Shown: piece by piece, positions 29,358-43,235 of the stretch | How the letters are laid out: the number at the start of each line of letters is the position of its first letter | How positions within the stretch are numbered: position 1 is the first letter of the stretch | Assembly: GCF_009914755.1 (NCBI RefSeq) | Contig: NC_060934.1 | Strand: one strand, 5' to 3' | Length of the DNA stretch: 64,000 nt | From: the human T2T-CHM13v2.0 reference genome, Homo sapiens | Notes under the pieces: model-generated | What the model was told of the DNA's origin: nothing | What the model saw: the letters and a program-made list of their open reading frames with translations, nothing else | Database searches by the model: none | Made by a program: the position numbers and the translations under genes

Positions 29358-29629
29358 TTATACAAGCAATAAATTTTCATTGCAGAAAGATTAGAAAACA
29401 TGATACATAGTAAGGGTAAAAAGTCACACCTAGCATTTAGGCATAAGCATTGTTAATATTTTGGCACATCCTTCCATACTTTTCCATGCATCCTTATTGA
29501 GACTTGCATATTCTAGGGCTTGAGAATAATTCATTATTTTAGGAACTTAGGGCCTTGCAAGAGCAATTGTTATTCAGATTTTATTTTGAGCAGGAGAAAG
29601 CAGAAAACCCTGTTCCTGTAAAACCAGGA

Positions 29630-29934
29630 GTGGGTGGGCAGGGGTGGGCATGTGACCCAGTCTCAGCAAATCAGATAATTACAACCCCTTGGATACAATG
29701 ATTGGTCTGGAGTGTCTGGAGTAGGCATGTGAACCACACAGGGCTAGCAAGTTTTTTCCTGGAATTGATGAACAGTAGGAGAAAAAGTCCCTCTTTATGC
29801 TGAGATAGCTCAATGGGGAAGAGAGGCAAGAAGCCTGATGTCTGCTTGACTGCCACGTGGCAGAGAGCGTGCCTGAGAGAAAGGCCCAGCAGGGCAGAGA
29901 TAGACGGGAAGGGGAGGGGGCGGAGGAGGGGGGG

Positions 29935-30019
<85 letters not shown>

Positions 30020-30150
30020 AAACAGTTGGCATTGTTTGAGCCCTTGGATCCATCCATCCTTAAGATTCCCAGTTATGTTAGCCAACTAAACTTCACTTTC
30101 GCTTAATCTAGTTTAAGTTGGTTTATGCCAAATATAACCAAGAGTTCTGG
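29630..30150 (+). mobile_element. MLT1 (MaLR) LTR relic containing a (GA)n expansion
   Basis: gggcatgtgaccca...tgattgg...tttgagcccttggatcca...cagttatg...agcca...gcttaatctagtttaagttgg. Confidence 0.6.
29938..30018. repeat. (GA)n microsatellite preceded by a G-rich tract
   Basis: About 40 GA units with minor interruptions. Confidence 0.95.
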
Positions 30151-31589
30151 CTCAACCACTTCCCTAGCTCCTTGGGAATAGGGCCCTGTCTAGCCTGGTC
30201 TCTGAGCACACTGCCTGCCCCATGGCCTGCGTGACTCACCGAGTTATCTTCTTCTTGGTGCTCAGGACGTGCTTTTCTCCCTTTCATTCTGCCTTAACAA
30301 TTTCAGCTTCCAGCTCTGCATTGGTGACAATGGGCTAGTCTCTTCTTGGGAAAAGAAGAGCCCAAAACACCATTTGGCAACCAGCTTAAGGGTGGGACCT
30401 GTGACTTCCCTCACAGCTGATGGGGTCAGATGGGTGGGCAGGCCCAGTTTTGATTAATATGCCTATAAAGTGGAATTCTGGGACTGACCTCCACTCAACT
30501 CAAGCAACACAAAGATAATTGACCTTTGGAAACTGCCTCTGGCAGTCTTTTTATTATTTTTATAGGAAGTCCTGCAAACCAATTACATCTCACAATGGGC
30601 CTTTTATGGTGCTATTAGTTTAATGCAGCTTTCCGAGAAATTAGCCCTCAGGGAGCCTGAAATTCTAGAGGAAAAAAAAGCCCTCCATGGACTTATTTGA
30701 CTTTTGGATTAGCAGGAAAAATGGATTGGTAGTGCAGTATTCCCTATAGTAACTTTTGGCAGTTTGAGCCATCTAACCAAGGTACCAAATTCCCATTTTG
30801 GGACCCTGGTGTCTGCCCCAAGCAAAAGGAAAAAATAAATTTGAAAAAGAATAAGCTGTCTCTTTAAAGAATTCAGTCTACAAATCAAAGAGGGTTTATT
30901 CCCCTCTTAGTCTGAGGTTAAAGAAGAATGGGAGTGAGAAAATTGAAATAGCACTTCTGTTTGAAGGTCTGGGTTTTTCTGAATGTGAAATTACAGGTGT
31001 CTGTCTCAGATCATCACGTTGGCTTTGGTACCTCTCACCCAGCCACAGTTATTTGCAGAGTGATGGCTCTGGGGCCTTTGTCACAGGGTCAGGCTGTGGG
31101 TCTGGGCTGGAGAGAGAGGAGATATCATCTTAGAAATGTCACGCTGCCCTCACCTAGGGAGCAAGTGCATGGGGTTTCAGGCAGGGCAGAATGGGGGAAG
31201 AGAGAGAAGCTAGAAGGTGACAGGAGGACTAAGGACCCTGCCATTTCCTGGAGTCTGACGCCCAGGTTGGTTGTCCAGCTCATCCCTAGGACAGGGAAGG
31301 GAACACAGAGCAGGTCCGTGAGGGGCATGGACATGGTATGCCCATGGGAGCTGCTTCCTCCTTAGCCCAGCCCTGACCCTGGAAACCCCAGCCCCACCTC
31401 CTCTGTGTCATGTGGTCATCGGCCAGGTACACTGGTGAGCTCACAGTCCTTCTGTCCCCTTTGTCACCTTGAGGATTTTAACCGTTTTCTTACACTCTTT
31501 CCCTCCCAGTTTCTGTTTGCTCTGTTCTGACCTCAGCAGTTCCTGGGCTCAGCCAACGAGGGGTTTTTCTGCAAGCACCCAAGACTGCC

Positions 31590-31975
31590 TGCCTGTGGGC
31601 TTCCTCTGGCTGCAGGGGGACCCAGTTTCGCCTGAGCAGGTGGGGCAGGCTGAAATGCCTGGAGTTATCACATGTGGAGCATCCCTCAGCTATTAATGGG
31701 AAGGAGGTAGGAGTAACTACCCCAGCTCCCTGACTCCTCTGGTGGGACAACCCTGAAATATGTTCTACGTGGTCTCCCACAGTTCCCCAGTGTGATGGAG
31801 TCTCAGTTGTCCCAAATGGTGAACTTCTTATCATACACCCTGTATTTGCCTCCTTCCTTTCCTTGTCTTAGTTCCCCATCTCCTACTGCTGCTTTGCAGG
31901 ATCACCTCCCAAAGGAACCACCGACCCCCAAACCTTATCTCAGAGCCTGCTTCGGGGGCCACAAGCTGAGCCAGA
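31590..31975 (+). mobile_element. LTR16-like ERVL solo LTR
   Basis: accccagctccc...gggacaaccctga...ggatcacctcccaaa...ttatctcagagcctgcttcggggg. Confidence 0.7.
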
Positions 31976-32544
31976 CCTCACACCTTGTTTCCTGGTTCTG
32001 CCCTGAGTGTCCCACCTGGGGTCTGGGCCCAATGTGGCTTGTCTTGCACTGTCATGGGCTCTTTTTGGCTCCCTTCTTTACCTTGGATTTGTATGACTTC
32101 TTGGGTCATGTCTGATTCAGGCTCCTCCAGGAAATGACCTGGTTGGACTCCCAGGACCCTCCCCTGGCCCATGTAGCTGGAATTCTTGCTGATTTGGGCC
32201 CAGCCCTTGCATGGAAGGAATGGAATCTCATTTTTAAGGGAGACATGAATAGAAAGAAAAAAAAAATTTCCCTCTTGAGGCGAAGAGAATATGGAAAGGG
32301 CCACATCTTAGGCAGAATATATAGGGCTGTTTCTCTGGAGGATACTGGGACTGGTGAGCTAGGTTCTCCACTTGCTGGGGCTGCTGTGCATTCTTTTTCT
32401 GGATCTCTGGTCCTGCTACTAGAAATGGCCAATGGACTGGATTTATTCGGAAGTGGGGCGGGGCTCCCTCTTCTTCATCTCATAACTGTTCCCTGTGGAT
32501 GCAGTGGTGTCTTCCTTAAGGAGAGGAAAGCTCAGGCTGCAATG

Positions 32545-32730
32545 ACAGCTTGTGCGATGTTGGGCAAGTGGTTTAATCTCACTATAGCTCAGTGTTCTCA
32601 TCTGAAAAATGAGGCTCATCGTGTAGCACCTCATAGCATAGTTACGAGGAATAAATAAGAAAATGTGATGAAGTGCTTAACAGAATGCCTGGCACGTGGT
32701 AATAGCACCACAAACGCTAGCTGTTATTAA
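32545..32730 (+). mobile_element. MIR
   Basis: ttgggcaagtggtttaatctc...ctcagtgttctcatctgaaaaatg...gtgcttaacagaatgcctggcac. Confidence 0.78.
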
Positions 32731-33944
32731 CCTGGCATGCACTACCTTGTTTTGTTCATTATCTTGCCATAGTTTATCTCCCTGCAGGCAGGAGGCACAA
32801 GGTAGCATCTTTCTTTCTCTTGGTGTCTATAGTATGTTCGTATAGCAAGTGCTTAAAAAGATACGTCAGTAGAGAAATATCAGGCAGGTTAACATCCCAG
32901 CTGTCTGGTCCTTGCTCCTCCTTCTTGACCTTTCAGGCATGCCAAAACTTGGTCCATTGCAGAATAATTCCAGTTTCAGAGAAGCCATGCTAGTACTAGA
33001 GAGTTGTTAAAATACCCACCTATGGTGTGAGGCCACCTGGGGGTCAGGAGGCACGTGAAGTTCCAACTATGGCCAGGTAGTCAGTCCCATCCCTGCATTC
33101 CTAAGGGATGCAGCCCCGTTATGCACCAAGCATTTTGCTGGCAGCTTCCCCCACCACCCCTGCCCCTTGATCATACTTAAATTCTAAGACAGCATAGGGG
33201 CTGGTCCTCCAGGGAAGACCAGGGCTGCAGTGGGGGTATTTTATGCTCCAGAGGTGCAAAAGTATTTAAGCTGAACAAGTCACTTAAATGACAGCATTAT
33301 CTGCTGCTTCCCCTTCAGTGTTCCAGACAGATAAAGATAAAACAGCCGAGGTAATTGTGGAGATGGAGTGTCGCTGGCAAATGATCTGAGCACAAAGACC
33401 ATTTCCAGAGATAGATGGAGTGGAGGCTCCAGTAATTTTTCTTGAATCATGTTTAAAGTGGCACAGTCTGAAAACCAATTCGGCAGGAGTGCTGCTTGGA
33501 GGGTCCAGGCCCACCAGAACTTTGAAAATATTACAGTCCAGTGAAGCTTACAGGTGACAAAGAAAGGAAGTTATTCCTCAAATGACTGGCATAGCAGTGG
33601 TTTGGTGAGGGGAGATTGAGGGTCACCCCCTGAGGAATTCCACCCACACAGCACTGGGTGCTCGAATCAGGCAAAACTGCCGTCTTGGCCTGACTTGATT
33701 CCAGGGCCTGGGGATGGCATTGCACAGATACAGGCGGGATCGGGTGAGTTCCCCGGGAGACCTCTTTGGTTTGCTCACTGGCATCAAGGCAATGGATTCT
33801 AGGAACCTGGTACTTTGGAGTTTGAATATGCCGGCAGTGTCCTTGGGCCCAGTGCCAGGTTTGTGGTGGGAGAAAAAGTGGTTGGGGACTTCCCTTAAGT
33901 CACTCTCAACCTGCTAATGAAGGAAGTAATGGGCTCTGAAGGTA

Positions 33945-34245
33945 AAATGACAGCATTTTACAGAACACTCTGTAGCTATTGAAAACCATGTTGTAGAAAA
34001 ACTAATGACTCGGGAGAAGGTTCATGATATATTGCTAAGGGAAAAAAGTGGCTACAAAACAGCATGCGAGGATGCTCCCAGTTTTTGTTTAAAAAAGTAT
34101 TTATACACTCACATATGTAAAGAAAAAAATAACTGAAAAGAGAGAAATATATATTTTTAGATTTTCATCTTTGACACTTTCTACATTTTCCAAATTTTCT
34201 ACAGTAGGCATGTATTACTTTTGTAATGAGAAGAAAAAGGTATTA
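33945..34245 (+). mobile_element. L1ME/MC-like 3' end fragment
   Basis: ttttccaaattttctacagtaggcatgtattacttttgtaat terminal motif. Confidence 0.6.
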
Positions 34246-34279
34246 AAATCATATCTTTCATTCATTTGGTATTTATAAT

Positions 34280-34490
34280 TTTCAAGATTTTTAATATATA
34301 GACTTTCATTTGATCCTCATAACAGTTCTGTGAATTGGGTAGGACAATTATTCCAATTCTACAGATGAGGAAATTGAGGTTCAGAGCAAATTAGGGATTT
34401 GAATAATGTGTTGCCTGGCTTGTAAGATACCGAGCTGGGGCCAGAACCCAAATCTTGTGTATTCTAGGTTAGTGTTCTTTCCATTGCATA
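34280..34490 (-). mobile_element. MIR
   Basis: catttgatcctcataaca...tacagatgaggaaattgaggttcagag. Confidence 0.78.
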
Positions 34491-34751
34491 TTAGGGGTAT
34501 TGAGATAAACCAATCAACATAATCTACTATCTCATAATTGAGGTCCTAACTGTGTCACTTCCCCCAGGAACACTTGCCCTGATCCCCTTCTTGAGACCAG
34601 CTTCCTTGTTATGTGCTCTCTGACACATAGTAGGTTCACAATAGACAATGGCTATCATTGTCAGGAACACGCAAGCAGTGAGTCTCAGGGTTGAGGGGGA
34701 GTAGATTTAAAATCTCAAAATAACTGGCTTTGAGAACTGGGTTCGTTTATT

Positions 34752-34945
34752 TCTGTGTTGTGCAATAAGGCTAGTTACTGGCTATTTAAATTAGAATTTA
34801 AGCTGAAAAAATTAAGTAAACATTTGGTTCTTCCATCATCTTAAATCCATTCTAAGTGCTTGCCAGCCATGTGTGGCTATACCATGTTGGACAGCGCAGG
34901 CATAGAACATTCCCTTCACCACAGAAAGGTCCGAGCAGGGCTGTC
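34752..34945. mobile_element. MER3-like MITE
   Basis: agccatgtgtggcta...ttggacagcgcaggcatagaacattccc...cagaaag. Confidence 0.7.
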
Positions 34946-34999
34946 TGGATTGTTTCTCTCTCTTTATGATTACAGATGTATTTTTTCGGCATTATTGGA

Positions 35000-35812
35000 T
35001 TCACGTTTGTTCCCTGCACTAGAATATAAAGTTATGAGGGCAAGGATTGTGTCTGTTTTCCTCCCTATCCACAACACTCAGCCCAGTCTTAACACATGGC
35101 AATTGCTTTATAAATATCCATCTGATGTTTCCCACTGCTTTAGGATAAAGTCCGTATGCTTTAGTGTGGCTTCCTAGGCCCTGCATAAAGTGGCCTGGCC
35201 CCTTCACTAAGTTCTCCCCAGACATTCTTCCTTTATCTCCAACAATTCTATTGCCCCACATTTTCGTCAGTTCCTTGGCTACCCCTTTCCCTCTTTCCGC
35301 AGAGCCTTCACACATGCTGTTCCATCTGCTTGTAGCACCCTTCCTCCACCAAAACTTCTGGCTGACTCTTTTTCATCCTTTATGTCTAAGTGGTAAATGG
35401 TAAACCTCCCTCCCTCCAGGCAGTCTTCCCTGGCTCCCCAAGTCTGGGTTAGGTGCTTCTCCTACATGCTTTCATAGCACTCTGTACTTCTCTGACCCGG
35501 TCCTCCGGGCCCACACTTAGCATACTGTAATGTAATGGCTTCTTAAGGAAGGTCTTTATCTCTCCAGCTAGACTGTGAACTCCCTGAGGCAGAGGCTGTG
35601 TCTTTTTTACTCATTGCTGGATCTCCTTGTGCTAGATCAGTGCCTGGCATAAAGTGGTTAATGGGTCAAAAATGTTTATTGGGAACCCACTATGTGCCAA
35701 GACTATGCCTGGCACAGGGAGTAAATTAGTGGAGAAAAGAGACATGATCCCCCCAGTCTGAGGGGTTTCCTTAACCTTCAGTGCCTCACAGAATGTTCGT
35801 TGAATGAATAAA
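35000..35812 (+). mobile_element. L2 3' fragments
   Basis: ctagactgtgaactccctgaggcag...cagtgcctggcata and gttgaatgaata L2 terminal motifs. Confidence 0.7.
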
Positions 35813-36089
35813 GGACAGAAGCTGTGTCTGATGTGATTGGCCTATTTCAGGAGGCGGTGATTTCTCTGACCCTGAAATGAAGTCAGGGAAGATATCAGAA
35901 GTGTCTCTGCATTGACAGACTTTAGCCACTAGGGTAGTGGTTTCCATGACAGTGTGTGAGGGACAATGGGGAGAGACATCTCCTAGGGAATGCGTGTTTA
36001 AATGACTTGGGAATCACTTTGAGATTTTAAATCTACCCATTCCCCATTGGCCCAGAATCACTGCTAGTGTGTTCCTGATAAAATGGTAC

Positions 36090-36330
36090 ACATTGTTCAT
36101 TGTACACCTAGTATGTGTCAGGCTGTGTTCTCATGCTTTACACACATGAAACTCATCTTACCCTCTTAATCACCCTATAAGGGTGATGTAATTATCATCC
36201 CCATTTTACAGATGAGGACACAGAGAGGTAAAGCAACTTGCCCAAAGTCTCCCAGCTAATGCGTGGTGGAACCAGGATTTGAGCCCAAGCAGTCTGTCTT
36301 CCAATGTGTGTTCTTAGTCACTGAGCTAAA
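36090..36330 (-). mobile_element. MIR
   Basis: cccattttacagatgagga...aacttgcccaaagtc...ggatttgagcccaagcagtctg. Confidence 0.8.
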
Positions 36331-36724
36331 GTCTGCGGAGAGAGTGCGTATCTCAGGTGGGCTGGGGCAGAATAAAAATTGAGAACCACTTGAGTAGAGA
36401 GTTGGATGAACTTGGTGATTCCCTCCACCTCTGAGGCTCATGTTCTTGAGTTTAATTAGCTGGGGAGACATGACTGCTACCCATGAAATCACTCAAGAAT
36501 GTTCCAAAGTAGGATACAATCCAGTGCTACATTTGGTGGCCCAGACTATATGTGACTCTGGGTAGGGAGAGACCAGGGTAGATGGAAGGACAGGGGGAAG
36601 GGTGAATACTCTGGGGCAGGCAGGGGCAGCATGAGGACCAGATATAAGGTAGGTCCACAGCTCGGGGATTGGGCCCAAATAAAGTTTCTCTTTGAGTTCT
36701 AGAAGAGGCTTGAGCCTGTCATCA

Positions 36725-37500
36725 TTAATTTGTCATGGAGCGATCGATCACCCACTGTATTCCAGGCACTGAGCTGGGTGCTAAGTGTGTTAAAAGCAGA
36801 GCATAGCCAATCCCTCTCCTCATGGAGTTCACAGTCTTCTGAGGGAAACAGACAGCAGTCAGATAATTACACAAATGAGTAAGTAACCACAAAGGGCAAT
36901 AAAGGATGGAATGGAAATAAACATAGTTCTTTGGGAACACATAACAAAGGAATCTTACCTGGGCTTGCTGTGGGTTGGGGAGAGGAGGTCAGGGAAAGCC
37001 TCTCTTCCAAGTTAAGCTGAGATATGAGTGATGGGTTGGTGTTACCTGGTTAAAGATGGCCAAAGGGTTTCCAGGTTGGGGGACAAGCATGTGCAAAGGT
37101 CCTGTGGTAGGAAAGAGCACAAAGAATTCTGGGGAGTAAAAGAAGGTCAGGATGGCTAGAAAGTGGAGCGAAGCAGGAAAGCAGGCAGAGCTGGAGAGGG
37201 AGCCTGGGGCCAGACCATGCAGAGCCTGAATGGTGGGGGACCATACATCTCAGTTTGCCAAGGACAGTCCTGGTTTACTCTTGTTTCCCTAGCAAACTAG
37301 GAATAGTGTCTTGGTTTGGATGAAAGAATGTATGGCCACCTTCTTAGGTCACATTAAGGATTTAGTTCTTCTGGAAAACGGGAAGTGGCTACAGGGTTTT
37401 TTAGCAGATGACATTCTCCCCCGACAGAATCAGATTCAGGTTTCCTTGGCAACTCTGGCTGCAGTGAGGAGGGTGGATTGGAGGGGTCGAGCTTGCATGT
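36725..37500 (-). mobile_element. L2 fragment with a nested MER94-like element (~37231-37342)
   Basis: ccaggcactgagctgggtgct...ctcatggagttcacagtct...gcatgtgcaaaggtcctgtgg. Nested gaccatacatctcagtttgccaaggacagtcctggttta. Confidence 0.7.
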
Positions 37501-39002
37501 GATTGCTAATGATAAAAAAAAGTCATTAGCAGTAGAGAGAGTTACTCCCTTCCACTCCACCTTCTCAAAGAAAGTTCCAGAACTCAGGGTTAGAAGAGGA
37601 CCGCTCTCCAGCCATGAGTTGGCTGGGTTTAGATCTCCCTGGTGTCTCTTTGCCAGAGGACTATGTGACATGCAGTCTCAGGGTGAGTGGAGCCCTGGCA
37701 CGATTTCCCAGGAGACCAGGGCCTTTATACCAGTTCTGGAAAAAACACACATAGGTCTCACCAAAATGTCACCATAGGCCAGCTAGCATATGGCTGTCCC
37801 TCAAAGGCACCAGCTGTAGGGATCTGACACCATCCCAGGGCTGCCTTATTGATATTGTTGATGGGCCAGGACATGGCAGTGAGCACTCATTTTCCTAGAG
37901 GCTTCTTAGATTTCAGGTAAGTATCAGAGTTTGAGAGGCTGTTCAAAAAACCTACCCTGAGAGGTCGTTCGTTCTCTCTTGTTCTCGTTCTCTGTCTCTC
38001 TCCCTCCCCCCTCCCCTGCCCTCCCTCTCTCTCCACCCTCCCCATCTCTGTCCCCTGCCTCTCTGTCTCTCTTTCTGGAGCTTTTACTTTGAGTCTATGT
38101 TAAAGCACTATTACCCCACCCACTAGCCTATTAAAAGTGCCTGGGCTTGGCTGCTTTTTCAAAGCATCTTGGTTCTTTTCTCTTGCTTGGTGAAATGAAA
38201 ACAGAGTTATTCTAGTGGAACATTTTACATTAGATGCAATCTAAGAAAATGGCTTATAGCACCGAGGACTCCTTTGGAAGCAGCCAGGGCTTGGAGTGGG
38301 GAGAGACAAACGGGACAGGGGGAGCAAGTTGAGCAGAGTGCACTCTGACAGAGCACGGGGCAGGGAGGGTGAGGCCGAGCCTCTGAATGTCCCCAGGAGC
38401 TTGGGTGGCACCAGGATGAGTCACACAAATTGATGCCTCTTTTTAGTGCTTTTATTCCCCAGGATTTAATTTTTTTTTTTTTAGTCCAAAATTGTGTAGC
38501 TCTTTAACAAGGAGCCTGTCTCTGTTCACCTCCTTTTTCTGCCCCCATCCTTCCTGCTCTTAATGTTTTTTTCTTTTCTTCATGTTTTTACTGCTTTCCT
38601 AACCCCAGCCTGAGATTCCATTTTCTCTGACACCCACCTACCATGCATTTTTGGGTTGTAAATGAACCATCTAGCAGCAAGAAACAAAGGTTTCTAGCTA
38701 ATCTCCCTGTTAATGCTGGGGCTCAGAGGCCTGGGAGTTTTCAGCTCGGCCTGTCTCTAATAGGAAATCACGGGCATGACCAGCTCTGAACAACAACTGA
38801 GGCCCCTGGAGTCATTGTGCAGTTCTATTCCCAACAGAACCAGAGTTACTGACTCTGCCTTATATAAGTTAGCACCAAACTGAGCCTCTGAGTCCCTCTC
38901 CTTAAATCTTCCTAATTCACAGGAGAGGCCAAAGTTCAGAGAAATGACATGGGGGAGATGAATTCACACACTCTGGGTGCCAGATTCCCAGTCCAGTGCT
39001 CC

Positions 39003-39318
<316 letters not shown>

Positions 39319-40389
39319 TCCTTTTTTTTTTTTTTTTTTAGATCTCCCTGGTGTCTGATTGCCAGGGAATTATGCAATGTCCAGTCTCAGGGTGAGTGGA
39401 GCCCTAGCATGATTTCCAAGAAGACCAAGGCCTTCATAGCTGGAAAAAACACACATAAATCTCCCCACATGTCACTCATAGGCCAGTGAGAACACGACTG
39501 AGAACTTCTCATCAGGGCCATTCATCTAAGGCACCAGCTGTGGGGATATGATGCCATCTCTCTTGATGAAGAAAGGAGCTCAGAGGGCATAATCATCTTG
39601 ACTTCTTCTTGTGGCATCATTCTAAGGACTTCAGGGGACCCTATGGGACCCTGCAGGACTCGTTCTGATTGTCTTCTCACAAAATAATGGACCCATGGAG
39701 AGAGTAAGCGTTTAGCTGGGAAAGTAGCTAAGTATGTGGCTCTAGGCAAAATGTTGCAGATGCCCATGGGGCCAGGCAAACCATGTACATGAGGGATAGC
39801 AATGGGGAATGGTGGGGACTGTGGCAAACTGAACACCGCCTGCCTCAACTAAAAGAGGCATGCACTACTGAGTACCAGCCTATTTGTTGTTGACACAGAG
39901 GAAGGAGGGCCCAGGGTAACCTGATTTGTGACTTTTCAGGAGGGACCAGAAGTCTGGACTTCTTAAAATATAAAATCTGATTTAAAAAATATTGGCCCTA
40001 TTAAAATATGAAACCTTGAGTTGGTCAGACCCAATTTCTTGTGTGACTTGCACTCAGACTGTTCTAGAACTCAATGCAGTTTCTGCTCTGGACACCTGGA
40101 CGAATCTGGGCAAGGTGATAGGGACAGGGAGCAGGGGCGAAGGATGCTAAGTGCTGACACGCACTCAGCCCATTCCCTGGTGCTTCCTCTTCTGCCTCAC
40201 CCCTTCAACAACTTTCCCATAAAGGAAAAAAAAATTATACCGGAAGAATGCTGTGGGGTTTCTGTTGTCAGAGTAGAGGGGTACGTTTAATGCTGTTGGA
40301 ATTAAATCCATCCTACTCAGCTAGCAAAGGGCTAGGAGGCATCATGATGTAGGACCAGACACAGGATTAAAAAAAAGCTACTCATGCAA

Positions 40390-41222
40390 CCAGAAAAAAT
40401 GAACAAGCAACCCCACTAAAAAGTGGGCAAAGGATTGAAGAGACATTTTTCAAAAGAAGATCTATAAGTGGCCAACAAATATATGAAAAAAATGCTCATA
40501 TCACTAATCACAGAAATGCAAATAAAAAACACAATGAGATACTATCTCACACCAGTCAGAATGTCTATTATTAAAAAGTCAAAAAAACCAAACAAACCAG
40601 ATGTTGGTAAGAATATGGAGAATAGGGAACGTTTATACACTGTTGGTGGGAGGGTAAATTAGTTCAACTCTTATGGAAAATAGTAGGGAGATTTCTCAAA
40701 GAACTAACAGTAGAACTACCATGAGATCCAGCAGTCCCACTACTGGGTATCTACCTAAGGGAAAATAAATCATTATATCAAAAACGTACCTGCATTCGTA
40801 TGTTTAACACAGCACAACTCACAATAGCAAAGTCATGGAATCAACCTGTGTTCATCAATGGAGGACTGGATTTAAAATGTGGTATATGTACACCATAGAA
40901 TGCTATACAGCCATATGAAAGAATGAAATCATGTCTTTTGTAGCAACTTGAATGGAATAGAGGCCATTATCCTAAGTGTTCTCATTTATAAGTGGGAGCT
41001 AAACAATAGGTACACATGGACATATAGAGTAGAATAGTAGACACTGGAGACTCCAAAAGGTGGGAAGGTGGTGGGAGCGGTGAGGGATGAAATGCTACCT
41101 ATTGGGTACAATGTGCACTATTTGGGTGACAGGTACCCTGAAAGCCCTGAGTTCACCACTATGCAATATATCCACCTAACACAAGTGCACTTGTATCACT
41201 TAAATCTATTTTTTAAAAATGA
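40390..41222 (+). mobile_element. L1PB/L1MA-type 3' end
   Basis: MQIKNTMRYYLTPVRM ORF2 C-terminal remnant, L1 3' UTR and A-rich tail. Confidence 0.88.
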
Positions 41223-41350
41223 AAAACATAGAAAAAAGAAAAAGGCAAAAGCAATATGAGAAAAGTAGTTACTGCTTATTGAGTGCTTACTATATGCCAG
41301 GCATTATATATTAGGTCATTTAAGCCTGGCAATGACCATATGGTATAGAT

Positions 41351-42333
<983 letters not shown>

Positions 42334-42757
42334 TTATTATTCTTTTTTTTTAAAAAATGGGTAGAGAAATTAAAGCTCAAAGAAGTTAAATAACTTGTTC
42401 AAGGACACACAGTAAGTGGCAGATATGCAGGCACACACAAACCACATACGCTCTACATACAGACACATAAAACTTTCAAAAGCTGTTCTATTTTGGTTTC
42501 CAGGCCTCCTATAAAAAAGCTATTTTCATGTCTTGCACAGTTTTTCATTAGTGATTACAATCTTGGATGAGCTCACCTTTCCCATGAACTGCAGTTTACT
42601 GGCTTGGCAAAGGTATCTGCCAGTTTGGTTGTGGCTTTATTCCTGTCTCAGCTCCCAGACAAGAAGTGCTCAGACTGGGAAACAACCCAGCCCGTCTTTG
42701 TGGCAGCCAGAAAGCTGGCAGCAAGTGAGGAGTGAACAGGGAACAAAAGTACAAAAG

Positions 42758-42957
42758 TCTTGTCTTGTCTTTTCTCTCTTTCTTTCTTTCCTTTCCTTTC
42801 TTTTCTTCTCTTTTCCTTTCTTTCTTTCCTTTTCTTTCTTTTTCTTTCTTTGTCTTTCTTTCTTTCTTCTTTCTCTTTCTTTCCTCTTTCATTCTTTCTT
42901 TCTCTCTCTCTCTCTTTCTTTCTTTCCTTATTTCTTCCTTTCTTTCTTTTCTTTCTT
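42758..42957. repeat. (CTTT)n/(CT)n low-complexity tract (expanded Alu tail)
   Basis: ~200 bp almost purely pyrimidine, adjacent to an Alu 3' end. Confidence 0.92.
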
Positions 42958-43235
42958 GGGTCTTGCTGTGTCACCCAGGCTGGATTGCAGTGGCGCGATC
43001 TCAGGTCACTGCAGCCTCAACCTCCCTGGCTCAAGCAATCCTCCCACCTCACCCTTCCATGTAGCCAAGACCACAGCTGTGCACCATCATGCCCAGCTAG
43101 TTTTTATTTATTTTTTTGTAGAGATGGGGGTCTCATTATATTGCCCAGCATGGTGTTGAACTCATGGGCTCAAGCGATTCTCCCATTTGAGCCTCCCAAA
43201 GTGCTGGGATTACAGGCATGAGCCACCGCACCCGG
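42958..43235 (-). mobile_element. AluJ
   Basis: cactgcagcctcaacctccctggctcaagcaatcctcccacc AluJ-type sequence. Confidence 0.88.

Noticed and set aside
29671-30106. ER/SL-repeat ORFs
   Set aside because: Translations of the (GA)n microsatellite.
32134-32658. 174-aa ORF
   Set aside because: No recognisable motif, includes an A-run, and ends in a MIR.
42533-43221. Overlapping ORFs up to 208 aa
   Set aside because: Produced by the stop-free (CTTT)n tract and the adjacent Alu.
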